This document shows positions 27,566 to 37,499 of a stretch of DNA of 64,000 nt, piece after piece. This stretch comes from Nitrospinaceae bacterium (GTDB lineage Bacteria > Nitrospinota > Nitrospinia > Nitrospinales > Nitrospinaceae), in the NCBI GenBank assembly GCA_965223665.1, contig OZ245011.1, positions 2,240,001-2,304,000 on the forward strand, read 5' to 3'. Made by a program: the position numbers and the translations under genes. Position 1 is the first letter of the stretch. Each line of letters starts with the position of its first letter. Under the pieces are notes generated by a model. The model did not search any database, had not been told where the DNA came from, and saw only the letters and a program-made list of their open reading frames with translations.

Positions 27566-27802
27566 TTATGCAGCCGGTTTCTCGACTTTTTTAGATTTAC
27601 CCTTTTTTACTGCATCAGAAATTCGTTTAGCCTCCTTGGAATCTGCAAGCACCCACTTTTTACCCATGAGGACATTGGCGTCTTTTTCCCTTAGTTCAAT
27701 TTCTTCGCCAATTTCACAAAGGTGTCTGCCTTCATCCTCACCAAAGTTGACGTAGCAATTTTTTTTGATCATGACTTTGACTTTCTTATTTGACTTTTGC
27801 AT
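27566..27802 (-). CDS. Small capsid-associated hypothetical protein
   Basis: GEEIELREKDANVLM motif with Lys-rich tail; directly after capsid gene. Confidence 0.6.
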   Translation of the reverse strand: MQKSNKKVKVMIKKNCYVNFGEDEGRHLCEIGEEIELREKDANVLMGKKWVLADSKEAKRISDAVKKGKSKKVEKPAA

Positions 27803-27834
27803 CGCTGTTTTCCTCTTTATGAAATATTTTATTG

Positions 27835-27856
27835 AGGGCCGGACTGAACCGGCCCT
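27835..27856. terminator. Hairpin after major capsid gene
   Basis: AGGGCCGG-ACTGAA-CCGGCCCT. Confidence 0.55.
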
Positions 27857-27874
27857 TGTTTGATGGCCTAAAAA

Positions 27875-29803
27875 TTAGTTGGTGCTGTAATCCGTCACCG
27901 CAGAAAAACTTTCCGGATGCCGGATCGCCAAATCCATAGAGCGGAAAATAATCACACGAATTCCCCCACTTAATGATTTGGTGAAAGGATCCACAAGGAT
28001 ATCCACCGCTCCCCAGTAACCCTGAATCAAATCAGCCCAGTTACCAAAGATCATGGCAGAAAGATTTGTGCCGGCTCCTTTAGTAAGGTTGCCTGGAATC
28101 TGGTTGGTGAACCCGGCGCGGTATCCATTCAATTGACTGAAAGGTCCGCCGTTTCCTTCACCCATTAAGAAAATACCGGTGTTGGTGGCTTTCTCTGTGG
28201 TTTTTAATTTTCCGCGCATAGAGGCGTTAGTGAGGTAACCGAGGTTTCCTAACAACGCATTGTCGATCGCCACTTCGGTTTCCAGATCCACCACGTTTTG
28301 CCAGGTGGGTGGACCGCCATCAGGATTACCAGCAACCACCGCGCCAATTCCAGAGGTGTTTAAAATTCCGGTCGGTTCGTTTGCAGCACCGCCATCGATG
28401 GAAACGCGGTCCACTTCCAAAGCTACCACTTTAGCCAGTTCCTGACGGACAAAGGCTTCAATGTCGATGGAAGATTGAAGCATCAATTGTCGTGAAATTT
28501 CTGTATAAGCGCCGACATGTTTCGGGGTCATCCCTAATTGATCAAAAGCGGCTTGGGATGCTGCGGTGATATCCGTGGACTCAGGCAACCAATACGCAGT
28601 GGCACCACTGATTTGTCGTGGAATGGCTATGTCGCCGACCAACCCATTGAACACGGTCGATCCCATTTGCGAAACCAAAGGCATATTGCGCAAGAGTTCA
28701 ATCAAGGATCCTGACATTAGGGTTGTATCCACCAGGTGCCCACCGTCAGCAGGAACCCCCGCGGTCATTTCACGGAGCAAGTTAACTTTTGAAACTTCAA
28801 AAGGAACAGAAAAGCGATTAGCTTCGCATTCGTCCAGTTTGTATTTCTTACGAACCTCATCGGAACACTCTTTTTCAAAGGGAGCCTTTGACAAATTACC
28901 GGTTTCCAAAACCGATCGCATGGCTTTAAGAATTGAAAACTCTTTGGCTTGTTTTTCTGAAAGACCGATTTCCGGATTGGGATCGGTCACCGGTTTCGCG
29001 CCAATTTGTTCCAACACCGCTTGACGGAATTCGTCGGCGGATTTTCCATCCTGAATAAATTTGCGGGCGATCTCTTCCAATTTAAATTGTTGACCGATAG
29101 CGGTAATTTCACGAATGCGGTGTTGTTCCTTTTCAAACGCATCCTTCCGCGCTTCTTCCCGGATTTGGGTTTTTTCCTCTGGGGAAAATGTGGCGGTCCC
29201 GCCGCTTTCGTTCCCGGTTTTGTCGGGATCTAAAAATTGTTTGAATTTCATATTCTCTTCCTTTCTTTCCGGTTGGATTTCTTCTTTGTTGTTGTCGGAA
29301 CGACCCACACCCACCGTGGTATCTGCAGGAACGGAAACGATACTGATTTCCATAGGTTCCCAATCGGTCGCGCGGTAGATGTCTGGTTCGTCCTTTTTTT
29401 CTTCTTCTAGCACTAGCTTGTGAATCATGTATCCGACCGAAACGTTTTGCCGGATTCCGTCTTTCACATCCTGGAAGATTTCTTCGGCACGTGCGCCTTT
29501 CCCAAAACGCACAACGGCCCGCCCCTTGCGGTCCTCTCCTATTTTTACCGATTCGATCACTCCAATTTGATCCCGTGAATCATGGTTGAGCAATAAAGGT
29601 CCGGCTTGCTTTAATCGGCCCAGCCGAATCGATGCGCTTTTGTGATCCAGAATTTCAGTTCCGAACCATCGTTCGTAAGGCTCCTCGGAAGAAAAACTGA
29701 GTTCCAGCGTTCGCTTTTCACCGTCGACCGCCGAGCGGTCAATGATGATATTGCGCTTTAAACTTTTTCCTTCCAGTTCTATTTCTTTAATCTTTGTCGT
29801 CAT
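27875..29803 (-). CDS. Prohead protease - major capsid protein fusion (HK97 fold)
   Basis: N-terminal PLLLNHD..SVGY..WEPMEISIVSVPAD protease; C-terminal GGHLVDT, EPTGILN, FGNWADL, DLAIRHPESF capsid. Confidence 0.92.
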   Translation of the reverse strand: MTTKIKEIELEGKSLKRNIIIDRSAVDGEKRTLELSFSSEEPYERWFGTEILDHKSASIRLGRLKQAGPLLLNHDSRDQIGVIESVKIGEDRKGRAVVRFGKGARAEEIFQDVKDGIRQNVSVGYMIHKLVLEEEKKDEPDIYRATDWEPMEISIVSVPADTTVGVGRSDNNKEEIQPERKEENMKFKQFLDPDKTGNESGGTATFSPEEKTQIREEARKDAFEKEQHRIREITAIGQQFKLEEIARKFIQDGKSADEFRQAVLEQIGAKPVTDPNPEIGLSEKQAKEFSILKAMRSVLETGNLSKAPFEKECSDEVRKKYKLDECEANRFSVPFEVSKVNLLREMTAGVPADGGHLVDTTLMSGSLIELLRNMPLVSQMGSTVFNGLVGDIAIPRQISGATAYWLPESTDITAASQAAFDQLGMTPKHVGAYTEISRQLMLQSSIDIEAFVRQELAKVVALEVDRVSIDGGAANEPTGILNTSGIGAVVAGNPDGGPPTWQNVVDLETEVAIDNALLGNLGYLTNASMRGKLKTTEKATNTGIFLMGEGNGGPFSQLNGYRAGFTNQIPGNLTKGAGTNLSAMIFGNWADLIQGYWGAVDILVDPFTKSLSGGIRVIIFRSMDLAIRHPESFSAVTDYSTN

Positions 29804-31283
29804 CTTCTTTCTCCGGTTCGGGGTTTTCCGGTTTGGGTTTTTGGGTTTGATTGGGTTTTAAATCGACTCCAATTTGCTGGGCTAAATCTTCCTCACCTTT
29901 AATTTCAGTCAACACCTCTTCATAATCGTTGCCTTCTTCCGCTACGATTTGCGATCGCGATTTCAATTTGTGATTTAATGCAGTCACCGAGGCATCCACA
30001 TCTTTTTTAGGATCCACCCAAGGCCAACCACGCGGCCGCCAAACAGGTTGTTTAAACTTTTCAATTCTTGACATGGGGAGGTCGACTTGTTTGGTCAAAA
30101 GCGCCATTAACAGCCAGTCTTCAAAAACCAATTCGTGTAACTGCTCAATGGTCCAGACCTGCAGGGCTTTCCACACTTCCCTTTCTTCCAACGTTCCCGA
30201 TCGAATGGAAGAAAAATTCACGTCGGTTAAATCATTCGCGAGTGTATGGTAAGAAACACACAACCCCGATGCGATGGCACGGAGCATGGCTTTTAAAAAC
30301 GACTCAAAGTTGGACGATGGGTTTCCCGGGTCAAACTTTTCGAACTCATAACCTTGAGGAAGTTTTTCGATCACCCCTGGAGAAAATTCATTTATCGTAT
30401 TGCCGGCGCTGTCTTCCTCATCCCCTTTGTACTCTTCACCCTGTGGCGTTTTTAGAAACCCCATTTTGGAAGCAGTTGCCCGGGCGCCAATCAATTCTGC
30501 TTCCTCTAAACCGCCGACATGTTTAATCCGGGTCAAGGCGGTATGCGCCCAAGGCACTCCACGCACCTGCCCCACACGATCGGGAAGGAACAAGTGAATA
30601 ATTTCATCCGCTGGCACGCGGTTAACCTTGTTCGGAAGAACGGCGCCAAACGAATCGCCCGGGTGAATCTGTAGAAGGTGGTACGCTACCGGTCCGCCCC
30701 ATTCATCAATTTCCACACCCATGCGGATCCGGTTGCCGTTGCTTAAATTTGCGTTGTGATCCACTTGCAGGTGGTCCGCTTCTATGACCTGAAGCGCAAA
30801 CTTGAAGGGATTATCAAACCCGCGCACTTTTCGGATAATAATTTCACCATCTCGGGCCAGACTGCGGAGGGCCATGTTTTGAATATCCAACCAGGATAAT
30901 TTACGAGTCACCGAAGCGTTCTTCATCTTGGCCCAATCTTTAAACCCGCCTTCAATTTTTTTGTTTGCTACCAAATCTAATTCTCCGGTTTTATGCTTCG
31001 CCTTCATTTGCAATTTGATACCGGAATGTCCAATTACATTGTTCTCGACCATTTTGATAAACCGTTTCATATAAGGTTCGTTGATGGCCAGGTTGCGGGA
31101 ATTAGCACGAATCTTATCGAGCGACATTTTGATCGCTTCATTAGCCGAAATATTACTGGTCACCCAATCAGCAAAATGATTCCCCAGGCCAACGGCATTG
31201 AATCCGCTGCGGGGTTGCGCTTTACGTTGGTTACTATTACCTAATGCAACCATTTTTTGACCGAGCCAGTTTAAGATTCCCAC
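29787..31283 (-). CDS. Lambda-family portal protein
   Basis: GVEIDEWGGPVAYH, GQVRGVPW, NFSSIRSG, WPWVDPKKD. Confidence 0.93.
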   Translation of the reverse strand: MGILNWLGQKMVALGNSNQRKAQPRSGFNAVGLGNHFADWVTSNISANEAIKMSLDKIRANSRNLAINEPYMKRFIKMVENNVIGHSGIKLQMKAKHKTGELDLVANKKIEGGFKDWAKMKNASVTRKLSWLDIQNMALRSLARDGEIIIRKVRGFDNPFKFALQVIEADHLQVDHNANLSNGNRIRMGVEIDEWGGPVAYHLLQIHPGDSFGAVLPNKVNRVPADEIIHLFLPDRVGQVRGVPWAHTALTRIKHVGGLEEAELIGARATASKMGFLKTPQGEEYKGDEEDSAGNTINEFSPGVIEKLPQGYEFEKFDPGNPSSNFESFLKAMLRAIASGLCVSYHTLANDLTDVNFSSIRSGTLEEREVWKALQVWTIEQLHELVFEDWLLMALLTKQVDLPMSRIEKFKQPVWRPRGWPWVDPKKDVDASVTALNHKLKSRSQIVAEEGNDYEEVLTEIKGEEDLAQQIGVDLKPNQTQKPKPENPEPEKEDDDKD

Positions 31284-31847
31284 TTAGACGAACCTCGTAA
31301 AAATTTTTTTTCCGGTTGGTAAGCCTTGCTTTAATTTGTCTGCATCTTCTTCACGCTTCAACATTGCTTTCCATTCCAGGTATTCCACACGTAAATCGGC
31401 CAAGGACATTTGGGATTTGGATCGCCCCGAAATGGAATAACTGAGAGTGTCAAAATCTTTCCTCTTAATTTTTCCTGTAAAAAAATCTTCGAACGCCTGC
31501 ACCATTTGTGCAGAGATGGATCGCGCATCGTAACCAGTAGCTAATTTGATGAGATCCGGTTTTATTTGAATTTTTCCGGATTGGTATTGGAATCGCTCAG
31601 TACCATCGGTTAAAAATGAAATCCAATGGTAAATGCCTTCCTTGTAGTCGGTGGTATCTTCCTTAGCGACCTGGATTAGGTGGTCGGTATTCTCGGCGAC
31701 GGATGTCAAAACAATTTGCTTATCTACGAGAGTGAGGACATATTCCATGCTCCAGGTCGGCGCCGGATTAGTTGGAATAATTTTTTTCCATTTCAAGGTG
31801 GTGCCGGCCCAAAAGACAACGGGCTCAACTGTAGCAATGGAGTTCAT
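31284..31847 (-). CDS. Head completion protein (gpW-like C-terminus)
   Basis: Between terL and portal; SYSISGRS...LADLR motif. Confidence 0.7.
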   Translation of the reverse strand: MNSIATVEPVVFWAGTTLKWKKIIPTNPAPTWSMEYVLTLVDKQIVLTSVAENTDHLIQVAKEDTTDYKEGIYHWISFLTDGTERFQYQSGKIQIKPDLIKLATGYDARSISAQMVQAFEDFFTGKIKRKDFDTLSYSISGRSKSQMSLADLRVEYLEWKAMLKREEDADKLKQGLPTGKKIFTRFV

Positions 31848-33787
31848 AAACGGCTCCTGTATTTGCTCACAAAACCGCCACGTGATTTAGGTTTGTGACG
31901 CTTCGGAGTTTGAATGGTGTTGGGTCGTTCTTCCTCAGGTTCCACTGCAGCGGTTTTCGTTTCCGGCTTTTCAGTTTTTACTTTCTTTTTTCGCCGGCGG
32001 TGGATCTCTTCCATGTTCGGATTCAAGTTGTAGTACGCGGCGAGGGAATACACACAACAGTCGAGTGGTTCATTGCGATTACGATGTTGTTTCCAGACTA
32101 ACTTGGGAAACCCTTTGTTATATTCAGTGACCCGCTTTTCGGCGGTGAGCCCTAGAAAATATTCCTCATCTATCGGGTTGTTGGTTACTAAATCATGAAA
32201 CGGGAAATGAAAATATCCCGGGCCGGGTTCCACAATTTTTAAATGGGAATAGATAACTTCTTTCGCCTGGTCAACGCCGGTGATATAAAGAGTCACTCCT
32301 TTTTTGTTTTTCGACTTTGGTCTGCGGACCACAGGAAGGGCTTTGGAACTCATTCCTTTGGTGGCATAGATGCGTTTCAATTCCCGTGACCTGACATAAT
32401 CGTAAACCGCTTGGGTGTGGTGGCCACCGGAATCGATCATTACCGAAACAATACGCAATTGAACTCCGTCCTCTGTAGTGAACGTGCGCTCCAGGTGCAT
32501 ATCGAGATCTGTCCACAATTCCTTTTTAGCGGGATCACCCGGAATAGCATAATGAGCCAGTAGCCACTTTTCCATCATGAGGCCGTAACCAATGAGCGAA
32601 ATTTCCAGGCGATCGTCCTGGACGTCGACACCGGCGGTAATGAGTAACACTTTGCCTGGAACCTTCGGCCCATAATGTTCCCGCCTGGCTAAGAGCGGAC
32701 CTTCCTTCACTTCCTCCGCTTTTTCCTTCCACGTTTCTGCCAGCGAAGTGTTGACAAAAACTTTCAGAGTTTCGGGTAGAGGCTTGGCTTTATAGTAATT
32801 CGCCACCATTTGCGACCAGGACACCCAAGGGGAATAAATTTCATTAATCCAAAAACCCGCATGGCCTTTGAATTCCGCTTGCGGTTCCCAAAATCCCAAA
32901 TTCAACATCCGGATTTTGTCGCCTTCGTAAATTTCACCGTGGCACTTTTCACACAAGTAATAGGCGGTGTTAGGATCTTGATCTTTCCATTTGATTCCAA
33001 AGTCGGCCTCCTTCCCGCCCCAGCGCAATACTTGTTGAAAATTGCATAATGGACAGGGGACTTTAAATAAACGTTGATCTGAATTTTTATAGGAATGATC
33101 AATTCTCGAAAAACCTTCGATTGTTGGGGAGGAAGTTTTTACCTCCTTTTTGTTCCAAAAAGTTGTGGTCCTTTTTGCAGCGATGGTGATGGGATCCCCT
33201 TCGGTACCTGCACTTTCCGGATAGCGGTCAATTTCGTCACAAAATAATAAGCGGATGGGACGCATCGCCAAGGATGCGGCAGAATTGGCGCCGGCCAAAG
33301 TGATATGCCCGCCCGGGAAATCTTTATGGCGGATGGTGTTGGTTGACTCCTTTGACTTTACAATGGAAACCAAATTCTTGAGACAGGGCGTATCCTGAAT
33401 CATTGGAGCCAAACGATCTTTCGAAAAGGCTTCGGCTAATTCCAACGTGGGTTGAACCAAAAGAATTGGACATGGATCCAAAGCGATGGCGTACCCGATG
33501 GGATTCAAAATAAAGGTTTCTGATTTACCGATCTGAGAAGAGGCCATCAAAGTAATTTCGGTAACTTCCGGATCGTTGAACGCATCCATCCACTCGACCT
33601 GGAACGGCGTCCGTGATGTTTTGAATCGGCCCGGCTCACCGCTGGACTTTTTACTGAGAACCCGAAACCTGGTTGCCCACTCGCTAACCGTTAGATTTGG
33701 CGGCGGCTTTAGTTTTCTTGCGTTTCTTAGAAACAGGTTGTTCAGATTCTGCAGAGCTTGTGGTGTTGACTCCCAAGACGGGATCAT
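31844..33787 (-). CDS. terL: Terminase large subunit (lambda GpA family)
   Basis: PPPNLTVSEWA, SSQIGKSE, DEIDRYP, STP-like SSPT, GVDVQDDR, IDSGG, RNEPLDC; start taken at ATG 33787 rather than ORF-track 34249. Confidence 0.95.
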   Translation of the reverse strand: MIPSWESTPQALQNLNNLFLRNARKLKPPPNLTVSEWATRFRVLSKKSSGEPGRFKTSRTPFQVEWMDAFNDPEVTEITLMASSQIGKSETFILNPIGYAIALDPCPILLVQPTLELAEAFSKDRLAPMIQDTPCLKNLVSIVKSKESTNTIRHKDFPGGHITLAGANSAASLAMRPIRLLFCDEIDRYPESAGTEGDPITIAAKRTTTFWNKKEVKTSSPTIEGFSRIDHSYKNSDQRLFKVPCPLCNFQQVLRWGGKEADFGIKWKDQDPNTAYYLCEKCHGEIYEGDKIRMLNLGFWEPQAEFKGHAGFWINEIYSPWVSWSQMVANYYKAKPLPETLKVFVNTSLAETWKEKAEEVKEGPLLARREHYGPKVPGKVLLITAGVDVQDDRLEISLIGYGLMMEKWLLAHYAIPGDPAKKELWTDLDMHLERTFTTEDGVQLRIVSVMIDSGGHHTQAVYDYVRSRELKRIYATKGMSSKALPVVRRPKSKNKKGVTLYITGVDQAKEVIYSHLKIVEPGPGYFHFPFHDLVTNNPIDEEYFLGLTAEKRVTEYNKGFPKLVWKQHRNRNEPLDCCVYSLAAYYNLNPNMEEIHRRRKKKVKTEKPETKTAAVEPEEERPNTIQTPKRHKPKSRGGFVSKYRSRL

Positions 33788-34307
33788 AGTTTTCGAACTC
33801 CTGCAAAGCCTCGTGAATGATTTCGGTATAAACTTTTTGGACCACACCGGGTGGTTGGTGCGCTGCTTCTTGGGCCCCTTTGGAAGGTGCGGATAACAGG
33901 CGTTGGCGAACGGCGGTGACCAGCTTAGACAAAGCAATATCCACATCGTTAAGAGTGACAACCTGACCGGATTGCCTCGCATATTCCAAGTCTGACAAAA
34001 GTCGCTTGGACCTCTCGTGTTTTGCTTTTTCCGTCCAGTAATCCACCGCGGAAGATTCAGATTCCTCATCGATTTCACCATCCAAATCATCCGGTTCAGA
34101 TTCTTGCCCACCCGTGGGCACTTTTCCATAAGTGGGCGCCTGCGTGGGCACTGAAAGTTTTCCCATTTTGTTAAGGACTTTGATTGCTGATTTAGAATTA
34201 ATTTTTCCATTTTTAATTGGTAAAAATTTTTGACTGCACCACTTCGCAACCGTTGATTTACTTACACCAACGAGTTTTGCGAAATCTCTCTGCGATAACA
34301 AAGCCAC
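33684..34307 (-). CDS. terS: Terminase small subunit (Nu1-like)
   Basis: N-terminal wHTH SQRDFAKLVGVSKSTVAKW, coiled coil, overlaps terL start. Confidence 0.85.
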   Translation of the reverse strand: MALLSQRDFAKLVGVSKSTVAKWCSQKFLPIKNGKINSKSAIKVLNKMGKLSVPTQAPTYGKVPTGGQESEPDDLDGEIDEESESSAVDYWTEKAKHERSKRLLSDLEYARQSGQVVTLNDVDIALSKLVTAVRQRLLSAPSKGAQEAAHQPPGVVQKVYTEIIHEALQEFENYDPVLGVNTTSSAESEQPVSKKRKKTKAAAKSNG

Positions 34308-34366
34308 ACAACACCACTACCCATTTCCTTGTTGGATTTTTGTCAGTTGGAGCATCCATTTTTGGG

Positions 34367-34387
34367 CTGCCCACTGCCCACTGCCCA
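34367..34387 (+). repeat. (CTGCCCA)3 tandem heptamer in cosB position
   Basis: Three exact copies between cos and terS. Confidence 0.75.
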
Positions 34388-34409
34388 CGATTTTTCGAAC
34401 GCATTTCCT

Positions 34410-34463
34410 AGCAAAATTCCGCGCTGCCGCGCACCCGTAGGGCGCGACCCCCAGGAAGGACCC
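34410..34463 (-). other. Lambda-like cos site (cosQ GGGTCCT; predicted 12-nt end GGTGCGCGGCAG)
   Basis: Minus strand GGGTCCT...TACG-GGTGCGCGGCAG-CGCG-GAATTTTGCTA parallels lambda GGGTCCT...TACG-GGGCGGCGACCT-CGCG-GGTTTTCGCTA. Confidence 0.75.
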
Positions 34464-34497
34464 GTTGAACACTTTGGCGACGACTTGGCCGACACCA

Positions 34498-35031
34498 TCA
34501 ATTACCAAGATGTCTTTTAAGTTCACGATTAAAATTTTCTTTAAAAAATTGGATTGCGTTCACTTGCATCAACCCGATGGCTTTGGGCCGGGAAAATTCC
34601 TTCATAACACCGGGGCCAAAGATGGGCTTCAACGGCAACCGCTTTTTGGTTGTTCTCACTGCCACCCATTTATCATTCACAATAAATGCGTGTTTAAATA
34701 ACCGGCGATTCTTCCAGGGTGAAGCGGTAACACCTTTCTTGGTTTGACGTGCATTCCAGTGAATGATATTCCTTGGTTTCCCTCGCGTCCTAATCATTGA
34801 GGTGAGCCGAGTCCAGGAAGACTTGATCAAAAACATTTCACTGCGAATAAGCTTTTGTTTAATACCGGCCACGGAAGAAATAAAACGGATCACTCTCGTT
34901 TGTACTTTCTTAGCAGTTCTATTCAAAGCCCAGGAAGCGGCCTTCGGAACAACTTCGCGCTCAACACTCGTAAGATATTGTTCCGCTTGTTTAATATCTG
35001 AAATTACATCAATGTCGAAACCAACAGGCAT
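34498..35031 (-). CDS. Tail completion protein (lambda gpZ-like)
   Basis: KAASWALNRTAKKV, HAFI, KRLPLKPIFGP basic protein. Confidence 0.75.
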   Translation of the reverse strand: MPVGFDIDVISDIKQAEQYLTSVEREVVPKAASWALNRTAKKVQTRVIRFISSVAGIKQKLIRSEMFLIKSSWTRLTSMIRTRGKPRNIIHWNARQTKKGVTASPWKNRRLFKHAFIVNDKWVAVRTTKKRLPLKPIFGPGVMKEFSRPKAIGLMQVNAIQFFKENFNRELKRHLGN

Positions 35032-35270
35032 AACGATCCAAATAAAATTAACTTACTTAATATTTAGATCCTTTTATATTTTGAAACAAGGGTAAGAGGT
35101 GGGACGGAAGGAGGACCGTAGATTTGGCCTCCCACTCAGGCAAGGAAGGAAAGAAAATGACAAAAAAGTGATTATTTACAATAATTTAAATCAATGCTAC
35201 CATTTGCATCGAATCCAAACATTAATACCTACATATAATTTCTTAAAGTTTATTTTATAAAGGGTAGAAA

Positions 35271-36875
35271 ATGCCATTGCAGTATTGGTTTTTATTAATA
35301 TTCGGAGCTTTAATTATTATTGGAGGTTTTTTTGCCAAAATCAAAGAATCTACTCGAATTGCTTATGTGCTGATTGGAGCCACTTTAGTAATTATTGGTG
35401 CTTTAGGACCAACCATAAAAAAATTAACTTTTTCTTTTACCCAAGGACTAGACCTAGTTCGTTACACCACTCCTGAAAATGAACGTAATCTCATTATTCA
35501 ATATTCCAAAGAAGATCCTTCTAATAAGATAAATGAAAAAGTTAAAAAGGTTATTGAAGAAGCTAGTAATCGCCCAGAATTGAAACGCTCCCCTGAAGAT
35601 TTTCTTGCCTTAGCCACAAAAAATTGGCGAGCTAAAAATTACGACGATGCTTTATATTATGTTTATTCTGGTTTAAGGTTAAACCCTAAGGATATACGAA
35701 CGAGAGCAGCTTTAATTCATCGAAAAGCAAGCATATTCGATGTTGGCCTTAAGCTTTATTCCCAAGCTAATAAAATTTATGAACAAGCCATTAATCTGGA
35801 TCCGAGTTTCTCTTGGCCTCATCTTAATTTAGGAGTTATGTATATAAAGCAGAAAAAATTTAAGGAATCTGAATCAGAATGCCAAAAAGCCTTAAAATTA
35901 CAACCCGATTTTGCTTTAGCTCATAATTGTTTAGGTAATACTTTTTTTGAACAAGGAAAACTGGAAATTGCAGAGTTAGAATACAAGAAAGCCATAGAAC
36001 TAGATCCTAGCCTACCTCTTCCACATATCAATTTAGCAACGTTATATGCTAACCAAGAAAAATTGGACCAAGCGGTCAAAAGATATAAAGATGCTTTAAA
36101 ATTAGAACCCAAAAACCCTTATACACATGCTAAATTGGGCAGCCTTTTTGCCAAAATGGAATTTCCTGGAAAAGCAGAAAATGAATTCCAAAAGTCCATA
36201 AAATTAAACCCAAACAATTCAGACCTGCAAAATAATTTTGGGGTATTTTATGAAAATTCGGGGCAATTTACAAATGCTGAAAAAAAATATAAAGAGGCAA
36301 TTAAATTAAATCCCAAATTTTTCCTGCCTCGAAATAACTTAGGCAATTTATTTCGTAAGCAAAAGCAATTTAAAAAAGCTGAGATGATTTTCAACGAAAC
36401 ACTAAAACTATTTCCTAATAATATTCAACTTCATTGGTCCAGGATTAGATTGTATTCTGCAAAGGGAGATTTTGAAAAAGAAGAAAAAGTATACAAAGAA
36501 TTAATAAAGTTAAAACCCAAAAGTATGATAATCCATAGAAGTTTTGCTAGATTCTACGAGCGACATGAAAAAATTAAACAAGCAGAAATAGAATATAAAA
36601 AAGCAATGGTGTTTAATCCAGATTATCTTTTAAGTTATCGTCCATTAATAGATTTTTATAAAAAGCATGGAAATCTAAAACAAGCAGAGATTGAGTTAAA
36701 AAGAGCAATGAGCTTTGGAACCGAAATTTCTGTTATTAGTGCTCTAATGCATGACGACCTAGGTGATATTTACAAAAAACAAAATAATCCTAAAAAAGCT
36801 GAGGAAGAATTTAAAAAAGCCAAAAAACTAGACCCCGATAATTTTAGATGGGAATTTTCACACATAAAATTTTAA
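35271..36875 (+). CDS. Membrane-anchored TPR protein (low-GC prophage cargo)
   Basis: Two N-terminal TM segments, more than 10 canonical 34-aa TPRs; opposite strand to phage genes. Confidence 0.85.
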   Translation: MPLQYWFLLIFGALIIIGGFFAKIKESTRIAYVLIGATLVIIGALGPTIKKLTFSFTQGLDLVRYTTPENERNLIIQYSKEDPSNKINEKVKKVIEEASNRPELKRSPEDFLALATKNWRAKNYDDALYYVYSGLRLNPKDIRTRAALIHRKASIFDVGLKLYSQANKIYEQAINLDPSFSWPHLNLGVMYIKQKKFKESESECQKALKLQPDFALAHNCLGNTFFEQGKLEIAELEYKKAIELDPSLPLPHINLATLYANQEKLDQAVKRYKDALKLEPKNPYTHAKLGSLFAKMEFPGKAENEFQKSIKLNPNNSDLQNNFGVFYENSGQFTNAEKKYKEAIKLNPKFFLPRNNLGNLFRKQKQFKKAEMIFNETLKLFPNNIQLHWSRIRLYSAKGDFEKEEKVYKELIKLKPKSMIIHRSFARFYERHEKIKQAEIEYKKAMVFNPDYLLSYRPLIDFYKKHGNLKQAEIELKRAMSFGTEISVISALMHDDLGDIYKKQNNPKKAEEEFKKAKKLDPDNFRWEFSHIKF

Positions 36876-36877
36876 AA

Positions 36878-37435
36878 TTATTTTTTTAAAGGCCATAATT
36901 CTTCCACAATAATTTTGGAGGTCATAAGTGAATGGTATTCAGAGGGACGTCGACCAGCAAATGTTCTATTTTTAAATGCAGCATTATTATTTTTTGATTT
37001 CAAAAAATCATTAAAATCCAACTGACTATTTTCCCAATAATTAGGTTCTATTTCTTCCCATGTTTGTTTTGTCGAAACCTTTCCCCAAATTGGTAATTTA
37101 CCATCTAAACCTGCCTGACAAATTTCATTTAAAGCAATTTTAAATTTTGGCGCATCCAATGGTTTGATACTTGAGGTAATGGTTCCCCACTTTCTATCCT
37201 TAATATAAAAAATTACATCTATAATTTGAATATCTCGTTTGATTTTTGGTTCAGGGCACCTTTTTCTAAATGCTAAACATAAAATTGCAAAGAGAAAAAG
37301 AAATACCCCTATTACTCTAACAATCAAACTAGTAATAGGATAATCTGAGTTTTCAATTACAAATGAGCCTATAAATAGTGTTGCGCTTATAGTAAAAATA
37401 ACATTTAAATTTAATTTCCACATAACTTTATTCAT
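36878..37435 (-). CDS. Hypothetical two-TM protein (low-GC prophage cargo)
   Basis: Two hydrophobic N-terminal segments plus soluble domain; convergent with TPR gene. Confidence 0.7.
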   Translation of the reverse strand: MNKVMWKLNLNVIFTISATLFIGSFVIENSDYPITSLIVRVIGVFLFLFAILCLAFRKRCPEPKIKRDIQIIDVIFYIKDRKWGTITSSIKPLDAPKFKIALNEICQAGLDGKLPIWGKVSTKQTWEEIEPNYWENSQLDFNDFLKSKNNNAAFKNRTFAGRRPSEYHSLMTSKIIVEELWPLKK

Positions 37436-37499
37436 AAATGGAATTATAAATTAAAAAATTGACTGGGGGAAATATATGTTTCGTATTATGATTTTAATA

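Noticed and set aside
27875-29803. Protease-capsid fusion as a novelty
   Set aside because: Known arrangement in many siphoviruses
33788-34249. N-terminal extension of terL in ORF track
   Set aside because: Alternative frame of terS; GpA similarity begins near ATG 33787
12063-35031. Gene transfer agent or tailocin
   Set aside because: Lambda-type GpA terminase with a retained cos site, full head genes and a linked replication initiator argue for specific genome packaging; not fully excluded
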